Source: Octopus sinensis (taxonomy: Eukaryota). Taken from it: a stretch of 64,000 nucleotides of DNA. The position numbers and the translations under genes were made by a program. Below are positions 1 through 13,100 of this stretch, piece after piece (positions within the stretch are counted from its first letter, which is position 1; each line of letters starts with the position of its first letter). The stretch lies in the NCBI RefSeq assembly GCF_006345805.1, contig NC_043002.1, positions 8,060,001 through 8,124,000 of the forward strand, given 5' to 3'. Below the pieces are notes generated by a model. It searched no databases and was not told the DNA's origin. It saw only the letters and a program-made list of their open reading frames with translations.

Positions 1-785
1 CAGTAATGGCGGGGACACCAGCAATATCAACAGCGACAACGACAATGATGAGGCTTCTTTTGCTGGAGTGGTCTCCTCAACAGTACTATAGAGTCTCTCC
101 TGACAAGATAAGTGGGCGAGATTAGAAGATATCGCTAGATTGAGAAAAGTTGAGGGGAGAAGAATGCAGTTTGTGTTACTTCCTTAAAATTTTACTGCAA
201 CTGCTAGAAAGACAATAATATATCGTTGCGTTATTTTAAAAACTCGTCGCCTGAAAAAAGGTCCCTAACCCTAACCCTTGTCGCATGGTAAATAGGCCCA
301 TCTGTGATAAATGGCAGGACATCGATTATATATCAAGAGAAAAGTATTTCTGCTTCGTCGAGGACTTATTTAAGACTGAGGTCTTCGCATTACAACATTA
401 AGTAATCGCATTCTGAAGCACACTTTCTTAATTATTTTTAAAGAATGGTGGTAAAGGTCATAATACAGCATGTACCACCAAAACTAGATCTCTGGTGGAA
501 TCTAGTATGCGTAGTGTTGACGGGAAGCGAAGTGAAAGAACTGGTTTGCAATCACACTGGAGGTTCTTTGTCATGTAAAACGTGAGCAGATAGAAAGGCA
601 CCCAAACCTAATCTCCCTACCGAATGGTGTAGGATAACGATAAATTATGAAGAACAGGCGATCGAGATGCCATGTTTATGCGACAACTGACAATCGTCCG
701 AACAGCCAAAACAAGGAAGAGTAAAGGAGGGCCTCACTGCTATAGAAATCGTCGCTGCAACAACAACAATAACAACAACAGCAAC

Positions 786-1770
786 GGGTCTATCCACGAC
801 AACCCACACCTCATGCGATACATCATACAGAGAGGATAAAGAAACTGGCACGAGTAGGACGCTGATCAATTTACATCAATAAAAATCTTTCGATAGAATT
901 GACCACCAATATTTGGCGGCTATTCTCACAATATCCGGTTTTGGTCCCGACTTTCCCGGTTGGATTGGCGAAATGTACAGTGACATCTTTTCGGTGGTTC
1001 GGTTGAATACTCACGTATCGGTATCATTCATCATCATGCACTCGGTCCATCAAGGTTGTTACCTCTCGTCGGAAGCTAGAGAGGTTGGGCGACATCCCGC
1101 GTAAGCTGGGATGTGGAAGAACCGTTTCGGCCTACGAAGACAACGTCATCGTTATAGTGTTGGATACCAAGCATATAGTGGTGATTCGAACTGTTTTAAA
1201 GAGATTGTATGCGGTGTCAGGAGCACAAGTCAACTATGAAAAATAAGTGGACCTCTACCTTGGCACCTGGAAAAGCTAGCCTATGTCGTCCAAAACTGTG
1301 AAGCACTAGCGAGATGGTCCAGTGAAATTGCTTGGGGTCTGATTTGGTCCATATCTCCTAATGGACAAGAACTAGGACGAGGGGACGAGCAGTATCACCT
1401 ATCTCAGCCTGAAAGAAGCCGAAAGAAAGCAGATCCCGAAAGGTCGGAGAGAAATAGCAAATGCTTGCGCCGCTTCAATCATACATTACAGCCTAACCGT
1501 CACACCTTCCCCATTTTACGTTCCACAAAGACTGAAGCACCTACTCTCCCGCTTTCTGTAGAAGAGACTTGCTCAACAGTTTACGTGCTCTGTTTGTTGC
1601 CAACATCTAATGAGTGGATAACTGGGCATACCGTGGTAATGATGCGCTGACATGTGCTGAGACTACATCTCCAAAGTCTCCTTGAGGCAGGTATGGTCGC
1701 TGTTAGGCGCACTTTTTTGCAGTTCATTTCATTGATAGAGTGGCCGTCCTGGATCAAATGTAGCCCGATA
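786..1770 (+). mobile_element. Decayed Tx1/L1-clade non-LTR retrotransposon, RT and post-RT region (pseudogene)
   Basis: Frameshifted translation gives GSIHDNPHLMRYII, LINLHQ*KSFDRIDHQYL, SVHQGCYLSS, SAYEDNV (decayed YADD), GAQVNYEK*VDLYLGTW, DGPVKLLGV*FGP, CCQHLMSG*LGIPW: colinear RT motifs of Tx1-like elements. Confidence 0.85.
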
Positions 1771-1771
1771 C

Positions 1772-1985
1772 CTGATACTGGGATCGAATATAATCGAATA
1801 ACCCCACTCCCTTACCATTGCTGGCCTTGTGTCAAAGTTTGAAGCAATTTTTTTGTTGCTCTTGTCTGGGCGGTGGATTGACTAAATCGTTAGCGCTGCG
1901 AAAAAATGCGTTTAGATTTTGATTTCAAATCTTGCTAAGGTCAACTTAGCCCTTCTTCCTTCAAGAGTCAATTAAATTATACAGC
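1772..1985 (+). mobile_element. Old SINE family B fragments (old-type tail followed by a decayed head/body)
   Basis: ACTGGGATCGAATATAATCGA...ATTGCTGGCCTTGTGTCAAAGTTTGAA resembles the tail at 19320-19380; 1870-1980 resembles head and body (cgttagcgc...tttcaaatcttgctaaggtcaactt). Confidence 0.45.
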
Positions 1986-3439
1986 AGACATATGGCAACA
2001 GTCCAGATATTTTTTGATCAGGCCTCGTATATTGCAACATTTGCCTGCAGGTAGGTGTATGGTACAAGAAACAGGTGACACAGTACGGGCCGATGGTGAG
2101 GGCGGAGGTGATACGAAATGATGTTGTTAGGTGGAGGTCTGTATGGACATATTGATGATTATCAAAGAACGCAAGGCTATCTCAGAGCTGCATCCATTTC
2201 AGGGTGTAGAAAGACAGTGAGCAGACTAGTGACGAAATTCGGAATACCCAGTTGCTACACGGTTGGAGTAAGAGTGACTCGGAGTTGTTTACCCAGAGTA
2301 TAGAGAAAAAAAAAGGAAGTAGCAATAGCAGAACACAGAAACATGCCTGTTTATAGAGTACCTCTGATTGCAACTCCTACTTTAGTCGAAAATCTCTCCT
2401 CATTGCCGCTACAAAGAACCGACTCTCATGTAGAACTGTAAAGGTGATAGGTACCCTTCCAGTAGTACCAACCGATGTCTTGCGGTGTTGAAAAGAAACA
2501 GAGGTTACCGGGCAGTGGAAAATTGGCGCGGAAGCTAAAAGAGGTAAAGTGCTCGTATGAAAACAAATGAGCGCAAACAAAAGACATATAAGACCGACTA
2601 AGAGGAACAACTCGAAATATCATGGTTTTCCGAATCCCGAACGAAGAACAAATAAATACAATGTAGTATATGTACGAGGGGGAATTGAACGAATGTACTG
2701 AATGAGGTGCAGGTACCAAACAACATTGATGAATGGCTGTAATGCTGTTACCTGGAGGACGTGAGTTGCATTTCGCCGAGTCTGGTAACTATTTGTAGGA
2801 GCAGGGTAGAATTCGTTTGCTGTCCTAGGGTGCACTGACCCTAGATGGGTATCGAATTTTCACCCACATATGGGTAGGTTGCTCTTATGTATAGGGGATA
2901 AGTGGTTGGTTGTGTGCGTGTGTGTGTGTATGTAGGCATGCATATATATATTTATGTCACATTTATTTGCATTAATACCTTTCCCCGTTGTCGTCGTTGC
3001 CGTGTGCTCCTTCACCACCGCCGCCATCATCCCCGTTATCATCAACGCCACCTTATCCTTATCAACATCATCTTCCACGTCATTAACACACCCAACAACA
3101 ACAACGTCCTCAACACCATCAGCACCATCACAGCTGTCATCATTCTCATCATCATAAACACCAGAGCCATCCACTTATTTTGCGTTTCTTCCTTCACCCA
3201 ACACGACACATGCTTACTAGTTAGACGTTCGTTAATGTTGCACACATGTGCAGCCACTGTTAACTTGCAGGCGGGTAGCTTTCATCTTGTTTAGCAGAGG
3301 AAATGATAATAATGGAAGCGACCATACATTTTCACTCTTTTCTTGCTAAAATTAAGAGGATTAAACAACTCAACATCCACATCAGAGTAGTTCACCACCA
3401 CCCTCCCCTACCAATCTAACCACATCTCCATCTCTGTTT

Positions 3440-3729
3440 CTCAATACATATACATACACACAAATACATGTACACACATATATACACACACGTAATGTAT
3501 ACATATATATGTATGTATATGTGTGTGTGCCGATGTATTACGTTTATCATTTCTTTGCTCTCTTTTTACTCTTTCTCTCTCCGTTTCTCTCCTTCTCCTA
3601 CTCCTTCTCTCTCTCTCTTCACTTTTAGCTATACACCGTTTATACAAATATATATTTGCATATGCTTATAATACATACATACATATACATACATACATAT
3701 ATATACTATTATATATATATATATATATA

Positions 3730-3771
<42 letters not shown>

Positions 3772-3953
3772 TATATACAGACATTTTTGTCTATATATGT
3801 ATGCATAAACAAAAATATGCATGCACAAATGTGCGTGTGTGTTTATGTGCACATATATACATGGACAATTGCATACACACACATACATTCATACGCGCAA
3901 CACGCACACACACAAGAAATAATATATATATATATAATATATATATATATTAT

Positions 3954-3984
<31 letters not shown>

Positions 3985-4206
3985 ATATGTATATATACAC
4001 ATATAATATATATATATGTGTGTGTGTGTATGTGTGTGGATAGATAGATAGATATACACACAAATATATATATATACGCTACACACACACATATACATGC
4101 TTACACAAATATACATATATACGAAGAAAGAGAGGAATACCGACAGACAGGAAAATATGAAGAGAAAGAACGAACACGCACACCCAACAACACCACTCAT
4201 ACACCA

Positions 4207-4248
<42 letters not shown>

Positions 4249-4310
4249 CAGCAGCAGCACACACTAACATACACTCAATCACAAACGGACACAAACGCAC
4301 ACATACATAG
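3440..4310. repeat. Compound (TA)n/(CA)n/(TAGA)n microsatellite field
   Basis: Directly visible dinucleotide and tetranucleotide runs. Confidence 0.95.
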
Positions 4311-4897
4311 TTAAAAATGAAAATGGTAAAATAGTGTGAAATAGATGACTGATCAATATTAACTATCGATTATAGATTTGTTTGATTTGAGATTTTTTTT
4401 TTTTTCTTCGCGTTTTTTTTTTTTGCCTTTTTCCTTTTTATTATATTATTTCCTTTTTAGTCCGGTTGGGAAAACAAAAGCTAAATTGTAAGGATATTTG
4501 CATAAAATGAGAACCTACGAAAATAAGCAGTGAGTTGAGTGAGGATGGATGATAATTGGGAAGAAAGACGAAACTTCAAGTAGATCTCTAAATACATAAT
4601 AAAAGAATAAATAGTACAACAAACAAATGAAGAAATAAATGATGGAATAAATGAATTAGCAGCCGTATGAAGGAAGGTCTTTATCAGTGGTATTGAACCA
4701 TTCACGTTAGACATCGCCTCATATAGTTTAAACTGGTTTCCCTATTCTTAATGAACTGCTCGTCTTACATTTTGTTTTTTGACAATTGACGAACGCCAGA
4801 GTTGCATTTCTTTGTTGTTACATATATATGTGTATGTGTTTTTGTGTGTGTGTTTGTATGTTTGAATGTGTATGCACATACATATATGCAATATATA

Positions 4898-4935
<38 letters not shown>

Positions 4936-5129
4936 TATATGTATATATATACATGTACATATATACATATACATATATAGTTATACATATGTTGTACATT
5001 ATATATGTATAATGTATATATATATGTATAGAATGTATATGTTATATACGATATATATACATGTACATATTACATATCATATATGTCCATACTATGTTAT
5101 AAATATATATCTGCAAATGATGTTTTATT

Positions 5130-5213
5130 TTTACTATCATTATTATTGTTATTGCTATTATTATTATTATAATTATTATTATTATTATATTACTATTATT
5201 ATTATTATATTAC

Positions 5214-5255
<42 letters not shown>

Positions 5256-5326
5256 TATGATTATATTATTTTTTACATTATTATTATTATTATTATTATT
5301 ACTATATTATTATTATATTACTATTA

Positions 5327-5399
<73 letters not shown>

Positions 5400-5440
5400 T
5401 TATTTATTATTATTATCATCATTATTATTATTATTATTAT
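5130..5440. repeat. (TAT)n microsatellite
   Basis: About 100 imperfect TAT/ATT units. Confidence 0.95.
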
Positions 5441-5829
5441 CGGAAGAAGTGGTAGTAACAGTCAGCATGCATAATGTTCTGGTGTTTATGATTGTTCATA
5501 CGATTGTTATTGTTGTTGTTATTATTGTTGTTACCATGTTAACTGCTTCCCTCGCCGCCATATTAATATTGTTTGCTTTTCTTTCATTCCGTGTTCTTGT
5601 TTATGCTTCTCTTGTTCTTGTGGTTGTTGCTGTTGTTGTTGTTAGTGCCCTCAATTCTTATTCTCTTTTTTTTATTACTTTTCTTTTGTATTCTTTTTGC
5701 ACACTCTTCTATATTTTTCTTTTTTGTTTTTGTTTATCTTCTTCTGATTCCTAATTTCCTAATTCGAAACATTTCTAAGTTTAAAAAGGAAAAAAACAGC
5801 TACGGCATTGTTACGATTTTCCTTCTGTT

Positions 5830-6271
5830 GTACACATATATACATACATACATACATACATAGCTGCGCGTGTATATATATGTATATGTATATATATGTA
5901 TATATATATATATATACATACATACGCATACATATATATATATATATATACATATATGTTATACACACACACACACACATATATATATATACACGCATAC
6001 TTATATATATATATATACATACATATATACATATATATACATATATATATCTGCGTATATATATACCTGTATATATACATATGTATGATTGTATGCAGCG
6101 CCTATATACACACAGATGTACAGAAAAATACTTCAAATGAGAGTTGCAGTAATATTACCAAATGCAATAAAGTTACTGAAGACTTTTCGGATCTCCTTAA
6201 ACCTCAAATTTCGCAACACACACCCACACACACACACACACATACATAACATACTATATATATATATATAT

Positions 6272-6304
<33 letters not shown>

Positions 6305-6640
6305 GTATATAATTATATATCTTATATATATACGTGTGTATGTATGCATTATGTATGTATATATGTATGTACATATGGGTGTATATGTTTTGTGTGTGTA
6401 TGTATGGGTGTGTGCATATGATACATACATAAATACACGTGCGTATGTACAAATATACATGTATACTTAGATATGCATACACACATATTTATATATTTTC
6501 AATATGTGTGTATATGTATATTATATATGTGCGTCTACATGTGTATGTGTGTGTGTATGTCTATCTGTGTGTGTGTTTGTCTGTGTGTGTGTGTTTGTCT
6601 GTGTGTGTGTGTGTGTGGGTGTGTGTGTGTGTGTGTTTAT
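5830..6640. repeat. Compound (TA)n/(CA)n/(GT)n microsatellite field
   Basis: Directly visible. Confidence 0.95.
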
Positions 6641-7444
6641 GTATGTAGCAGTCTGTGTGGATGTAGCTGTATGCAACACACATGAAAAGAGGTGTGATAT
6701 TGAAAAAACAGAAAAGGAACAATAAAAAAAAACTCAAAATACCTGTGATTCCTTTTGATCACAAAGCGGCAGAAATATTCATAGAAACCAAAATGAGAAG
6801 GAACACGGTATTTCTCTGGAATAGAGTATCTATTCCGAAATAGCGTCGCTTTCTTCATGCCTTTGTTCCTATTTTCATTCTTTCATATTTGTTACAGTTT
6901 TACAAGTATATAATATATATATATATAATATATATCTATATATATATACAGACAATATAATTATATAACATATATCACTACACTTATATATATATATACA
7001 CATATATATACATATACGACAACATATATCTTAGATATATATAGACATATATATATGTATATGTGCATATTTATAATATAAGTGTGTGTGTGTGTGTGTC
7101 TGTTTGTGTGTGTGAGTCTGTTTGTGTGTGTATGTGTGTGTTTGTATGTGTGTGCGTGCCCTTTAGTAAAGCTAATCTCAAATTATTAAGCCATGAAGAA
7201 ATTATCTGCCAATCGATATATCGACGATGGCAAATTAAATGAAAACATGTGTATCTGTGTATGTATGTGTGCATGTGTGTGTATTTGTGTGTGCATGTGT
7301 GTGTGTGTGTGTGTGTGTATGAGTGAATGTGCGCGCGCACAAGCGTGCGCACGTTGGGTGGAATGTTACAATATTTCTGTTCGATTTAAATAACAACAAC
7401 AAAGATAATAATGAAAATAATAAGTTAAGAGAGAGAAAGAATAC

Positions 7445-7460
7445 GTGAAAGAAAGAACGA

Positions 7461-7516
<56 letters not shown>

Positions 7517-7545
7517 AGGAAGGAAAGAAAGAAAGAAAGAAAGGA
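7445..7545. repeat. (GAAA)n microsatellite
   Basis: Directly visible. Confidence 0.95.
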
Positions 7546-7654
7546 AAATGTCTTTTTAAGTTGAAATGAATATTAGTTCAAAAAACATTATTATTCCATA
7601 ACACAACTGAGAGAACTGAATCCCAAATACATACACATATAACAACAACAGCAT

Positions 7655-7664
7655 CAACAAGAGC

Positions 7665-7701
<37 letters not shown>

Positions 7702-7757
7702 GTGGTGATGATGATGATGATGATTATGGTCGTGACGATGATAATAATATCAAAAAC

Positions 7758-7798
<41 letters not shown>

Positions 7799-7832
7799 CA
7801 ACAATAACAATAACAATAATAATAATAATAAT

Positions 7833-7873
<41 letters not shown>

Positions 7874-7892
7874 TAATAATAATAATAATAAT
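7655..7892. repeat. (AAT)n microsatellite
   Basis: Directly visible. Confidence 0.95.
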
Positions 7893-7929
7893 ATTTGTGT
7901 GGTGCATGTGTCAATTGTTACTGAAATGA

Positions 7930-8394
<465 letters not shown>

Positions 8395-9033
8395 ATGTAT
8401 GTGTATATACGTACTTATATATATATATATAATATTATATATATAGGTATGTATGTATGTATGTATGTATGTATGTATGTATACATTACGTACACTCAGA
8501 CATACTTGCATTCACAAAAACTTGATAAATATCTATATGAATTCAAAACATGGTTGATATATGTTTGGTTTTATCATATATATATATATATGTGTGCGTG
8601 TGGTGAGGGGGTGCGTGTGGTGGGAGGGTGCGTGCGTGTGGTTGCGTATGCGTGTATATGCAGTAGAAATCTGCGTGTGCTACTGATCAGAAGTTATTGG
8701 TTAACAGTTCTTATTAAAGGTATTACGGTTCTATTCCAATATATTTTACCTTTTTTCACCACGAAGCAGAAATGCTTGTAAACTAAATTACACAATAATA
8801 CGACCCTTTAAGCGACTTGACCATAGATCTGTATTAATCTATCTTTCCTTAAACATGTGTATATACGTGTGTAAATGTACACACACACACACAGATACAC
8901 GCACACATACACACACACACACCCATACACACACACATATATATATATATTTATATATGTATGTATATATATATGTATATATATATGTATATATATATGT
9001 ATATATATATGTGTATATATTTATATATATATA

Positions 9034-9444
9034 GGCGCAGGAGTGGCTGTGTGGTAAGTAGCTTGCTAACCAACCACATGGTTCCGGGTTCAGTCCCACA
9101 GCGTGGCATCTTGGGCAAGTGTCTTCTGCTATAGCCCCGGGCCGACCAAAGCCTTGTGAGTGGATTTGGTAGGCAGAAACTGAAAGAAGCCTGTCGTATA
9201 TATGTGTATAATATATATGTGTGTGTGTGTGTCTGTGTTTGTCCCCTAGCATTGCTTGACAACCGATGCTGGTGTGTTTACGTCCCCGTCACTTAGCGGT
9301 TCGGCAAAAGGAGACCGATAGAATAAGTAATTGGCTTACAAAGAATAAGTCCCGGGGTCGATTTGCTCGACTAAAGGCCGTGCTCCAGCATGGCCGCAGT
9401 CAAATGACTGAAACAAGTAAAAGAGAGAAAAGAGTAAAGAGTAA
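9034..9444 (+). mobile_element. tRNA-derived SINE family A, full length
   Basis: Pol III A box TGGCTGTGTGG and B box GGTTCAGTCCC; CORE-like TCTTGGGCAAGTG segment; internal (TA)/(GT) tract; tail ending GAGTAAA repeats. Near-identical copies at 56596, 59482, 60291. Resembles octopus OK/OR SINEs; family name not assignable by eye. Confidence 0.9.
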
Positions 9445-9479
9445 TATAGATATGTACATATATAAAGCAAACAAAGGGA

Positions 9480-9600
9480 GCATTAAAAGTACAAGGGACT
9501 TTCACGGTTAATATTTCTCGGTTGAAACCCAAGGAGAGAGTAAAAGTTATAACGTTTCGGGCATAGTTCTATTGTCACATACAAGAATAACGTCCAAGAG
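9480..9600 (-). mobile_element. Penelope-like pseudo-LTR relic with decayed hammerhead motif
   Basis: Minus strand GTGACAA-TAGAACTATGCC-CGAAACGTTA: GAAAC plus AACGTT palindrome retained, CUGANGA box degenerate. Confidence 0.4.
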
Positions 9601-9837
9601 AGACAGGGAAGAGAAGGAAGGGGATGAAAAAGAAGGGTAGGAATTTAAACATGTTCGAGATATATATACATACATAAATACATACACATATACATACGTA
9701 AAGATTTACACGCACGCACACGCATACACACACACACCACATACACACATATTTATTCATATATATGTATGTGTGTGTGTATGTATGTATATATAGATAT
9801 ATATATACATAGATATATATATATATATTATATATAT

Positions 9838-9928
<91 letters not shown>

Positions 9929-9930
9929 TA

Positions 9931-10953
9931 CTAGCAGAGATACCCGGCGTTGCCCGGTTACATTCAATTGAAGAATTAGACTTTTCTGTTATATTTTCTG
10001 AATGAACTGGAATATCTATGTTTCGAATTTCATCAAAATTGCAGGTGGGGGTTATTTCCCTCTTTACACACCCTAAAAATATTGTAATCGTCCACATGGA
10101 AACCAAAAGACGAATGATCACAATAAGCAGTCAGTTACCCTACTCTAGTCGTTACCACTCCCAATGTAGGATTCCTTATCATCTAGGTGACAGGCACAGC
10201 CTAATATGCATTACGAATCTATAGCAATTAGAAGGGCGTGACCCAACTGAAATCAACATTAAACAACTGTGTGACGTGAGGGCTTAGGAGAAATTAAGTG
10301 TCACCTCTAGTTTGCAAATGACCACTATACTGATACGTATTTGGACAGAAGGAATTTAAATCTATAAATGTCTTTGGAATAACCATCACTCATCGGGAGG
10401 CCTTGTAATCATTGTTACCATCTGGGACTATGTGTGACCGAGTGATAATAAAAAGACTGAAAGGAGATCTGCAATCAAATAACTTTACTCAACACTGCAA
10501 TTGAATCAGTGGAGACAAAGATGCCTCTCATTTACTTAACAATTTAATGCACCACATTGCAGAAAACACAATGTAAGTTGTATGTCAAAGCAAACTGTTA
10601 CACTGTTGTACCATTGAATTAGAAATAATGCCCAACTTTTATGCTCGGGTAGCCCTACAGCTTCCAAGAGCACAACTGTATTCGTTTTTGCTTAGATAAA
10701 ATGACAAAATTGTGGAGGGGTCTTTCTAACTTTGTAAGAAGATGAAATTTTATAAATATTACTTCATTTGTGTGTAATATCTATGGTTAAAATTTGATCA
10801 ACAGCAAAAATATATGAATTGTCATGGGGGTTATGGCCCTTATGTTTAGAATATAATTTCCAAATTTCATAAAGATCCATTCAGTACTTTTGACCTAGTT
10901 TTGGATCATAAAGGAATGACTAAAATTTGGGAGTTAAGGCTCCCATTAGGGTG

Positions 10954-10994
<41 letters not shown>

Positions 10995-10998
10995 AAGA
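9931..10998 (-). mobile_element. Non-autonomous Helitron, about 1.07 kb
   Basis: Minus-strand 3' end has hairpin CCGGGCAACGCCGGG then CTAG|T (9931-9957), the canonical Helitron terminus; same terminus type at 61079 and 63198. 5' TC boundary approximate. Confidence 0.7.
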
Positions 10999-11104
10999 TA
11001 AATTGATAGATAGAACTGAGTGGGCAAACAAAAATATGAGACACAGCCTAGTGCTTTTTTATGTTGATAAACCTAGTACTTATTCTATTAGTTTGTTCTT
11101 GTGA

Positions 11105-11255
11105 AACCAGTAAGTTATGTGGATGTAAATAAATGAACAGCAGTTGTGAAGCAGTGATGAGGGCGAAACACAGAGACAAAGACACACACATGCACTTACA
11201 TATATACATACATATACGATTGATTTGTTTCAGTTCCTGTCTACGAAATCCATAT
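11105..11255 (-). mobile_element. SINE family A internal fragment, diverged
   Basis: GTTTCAGTTCCTGTCTACGAAATCC matches the reverse complement of the family A core end, next to the internal microsatellite. Confidence 0.55.
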
Positions 11256-11259
11256 AAAT

Positions 11260-12503
11260 TGTTGTTGGCATCCTTTTTGCTCGGGAGACAATGGAGTTGC
11301 GCATAAAATAATCTAGTCCGGCTTTTACATTTCATGTCCTAGTAACATCTCTCCTGTGTGGCTGTGGTAGTCCTATCCTGGACAGACCTCCCTCTGGCAG
11401 GTGCCGCAAATGTATCGAAGACTTTGCCTGGCTGGTTGTAATGTCATACTTTCTTGTTGACGTCTTTTCTTCTTGTCTTTCCATTTCTCCTCTCTCCCCT
11501 CTATGTCACTCTTTTGTGTTCCCCTCTTTTACGGTACGTTGCCAATCTCCACGGTTGCTGGCAACTGCTTCCAGTTGGTAATATTGATGTTGCAGGCATT
11601 CATGTCCCTTTTGCAAACATCCTTGTATCGTAAGAACGGTCTTCCCACAGACCTAGTGCCCCTAGCAAGCTCTCCGTTGAATATGTCCTTGGGGATTCTG
11701 CCATCTTCCATACGGCTAACATGTCGAAGCCATCTCATACGTCTTTGTGTGAGGAGTGTAAATATGCTTGGTATTCCTGCTTGCTTGAGGACATCTTTGT
11801 TGGAGACATGATTCTGCCATTTGATGCGAAGGATTTTCCGGAGGCAGCGCAGGTGAAAGATATTTAGGCGATGTATGGCGTCGTATGGCGTGTGTATGGC
11901 GTCGTATGGCGTGTGTATGGCGTCGTATGGCGTGTGTATGGTGTCCAAGTCTCACTTTCATACAGTAGAGTGCTAAGTACACATGCTTGGTAAATCTTCA
12001 TTTTTATGGTCTTGGTCAGCTTATTGTTGTCCCATGCCCGTTTAGAGAGTTGGGCCATCACAGCAGCTGCCTTGCCAATGCGTATATTGAGCTCAGTATC
12101 AAGGGATAGGTTGTAGGTGACGGTAGAGCCAAGGTAGGTAAACTTCTCCACCTCCTGTAGTCTGTGGTCTCCAAAATGTATGTTTGGGATGGTCGATGTA
12201 GCCTGATCCATGATGTTGGTCTTCTTGAGGCTGATAAATAGGCCAAAGTTGCCACATGCTTGCTCAAAACAGTTGATGAGCCCTTGTAGGGCTTCTTCTG
12301 TGTGTGATACCAGAGCGGCATTATCAGCAAATAGCATCTCCTTGATCAGGACGCTTCTGATTTTGGTCTTGGCACGCAGACACGAGAGATTGAACAGTTT
12401 CCCATCACTTCTACTGTGCAGAAACACTCCATCATCTGAAATCACAAAGACATGTGACAGCAGCAGTGAGAAGAAGATGCCAAATAATGTAGGAGCAAGA
12501 CAT
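11260..12503 (-). mobile_element. 5'-truncated RTE (BovB-like) LINE, RT to 3' end, inactive
   Basis: LAPTLFGIFFSLLL, MLFADNAAL (catalytic D to N), FTYLGS, RIGKAAAVMAQL, LLYESETWT, RRMRWLRHVSRMEDGRIPKDIFNGEL, RYKDVCKRDM; RTE-like 3' end GCGCAACTCCATTGTCTCCCGAG...GATGCCAACAAC. Confidence 0.95.
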
Positions 12504-12719
12504 TTTTACCATTAAGACTTTTCTGCAGAGACCTGAATAAGTGGAAATCCGAAGGAGCAATATCTGTGGAATAGGGAGGGTGGATGTAACATATCTCAGC
12601 TTAGCCGCAGCAATTTTTGTCTGGTTTCCGAAGCATCAAGTGCCGAAAATGAACTTTCTCATCTTTTATTTTAAAGGGTTACAGAATTAACACAGGTTAT
12701 AGGAACATAAACCTTCTTC

Positions 12720-12853
12720 CACGAAGAGATAGCTTAAACTGTGCTCTAAATGGAGGTATAGTCAAATCCTATTTTATGGACTCAAACATGTTCTATAATA
12801 AGTCGAAAGATAAGCTACTATAAATCGGCACGAACTTTCCGGACAACCCAATA
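12720..12853. mobile_element. Orphan mariner-type terminus
   Basis: GCACGAACTTTCCGGACAACCCAA-TA is the reverse complement of a mariner-style TIR (TA-TTGGGTTGTCCGGAAAGTTCGTGC); partner TIR not found; left bound approximate. Confidence 0.55.
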
Positions 12854-13100
12854 TTTCTATATTTTTATCATGAAACTCTTAACATAGATATGTGTATATT
12901 CGTACTACATCATACCTCATGTGCTACATCTGAATTTTCTTGTCTGAATGTTTTAAGACAAATATCCGAAATTTTTATCGTATACCACATTTTATTAATA
13001 CTAAGCTTATATACGGAGACAAAAATGTTGTACTATATACTGCAGGTTATCTCCATTAAAATTCTCGTATTATATACATTATATATATATATAATATACA

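Noticed and set aside
264-280. Interstitial telomere (CCCTAA)2
   Set aside because: Only two units; chance level.
6637-6858. 73-aa ORF with a donor-like CAG|GTATTT
   Set aside because: No acceptor, no homology recognised, runs into a microsatellite.
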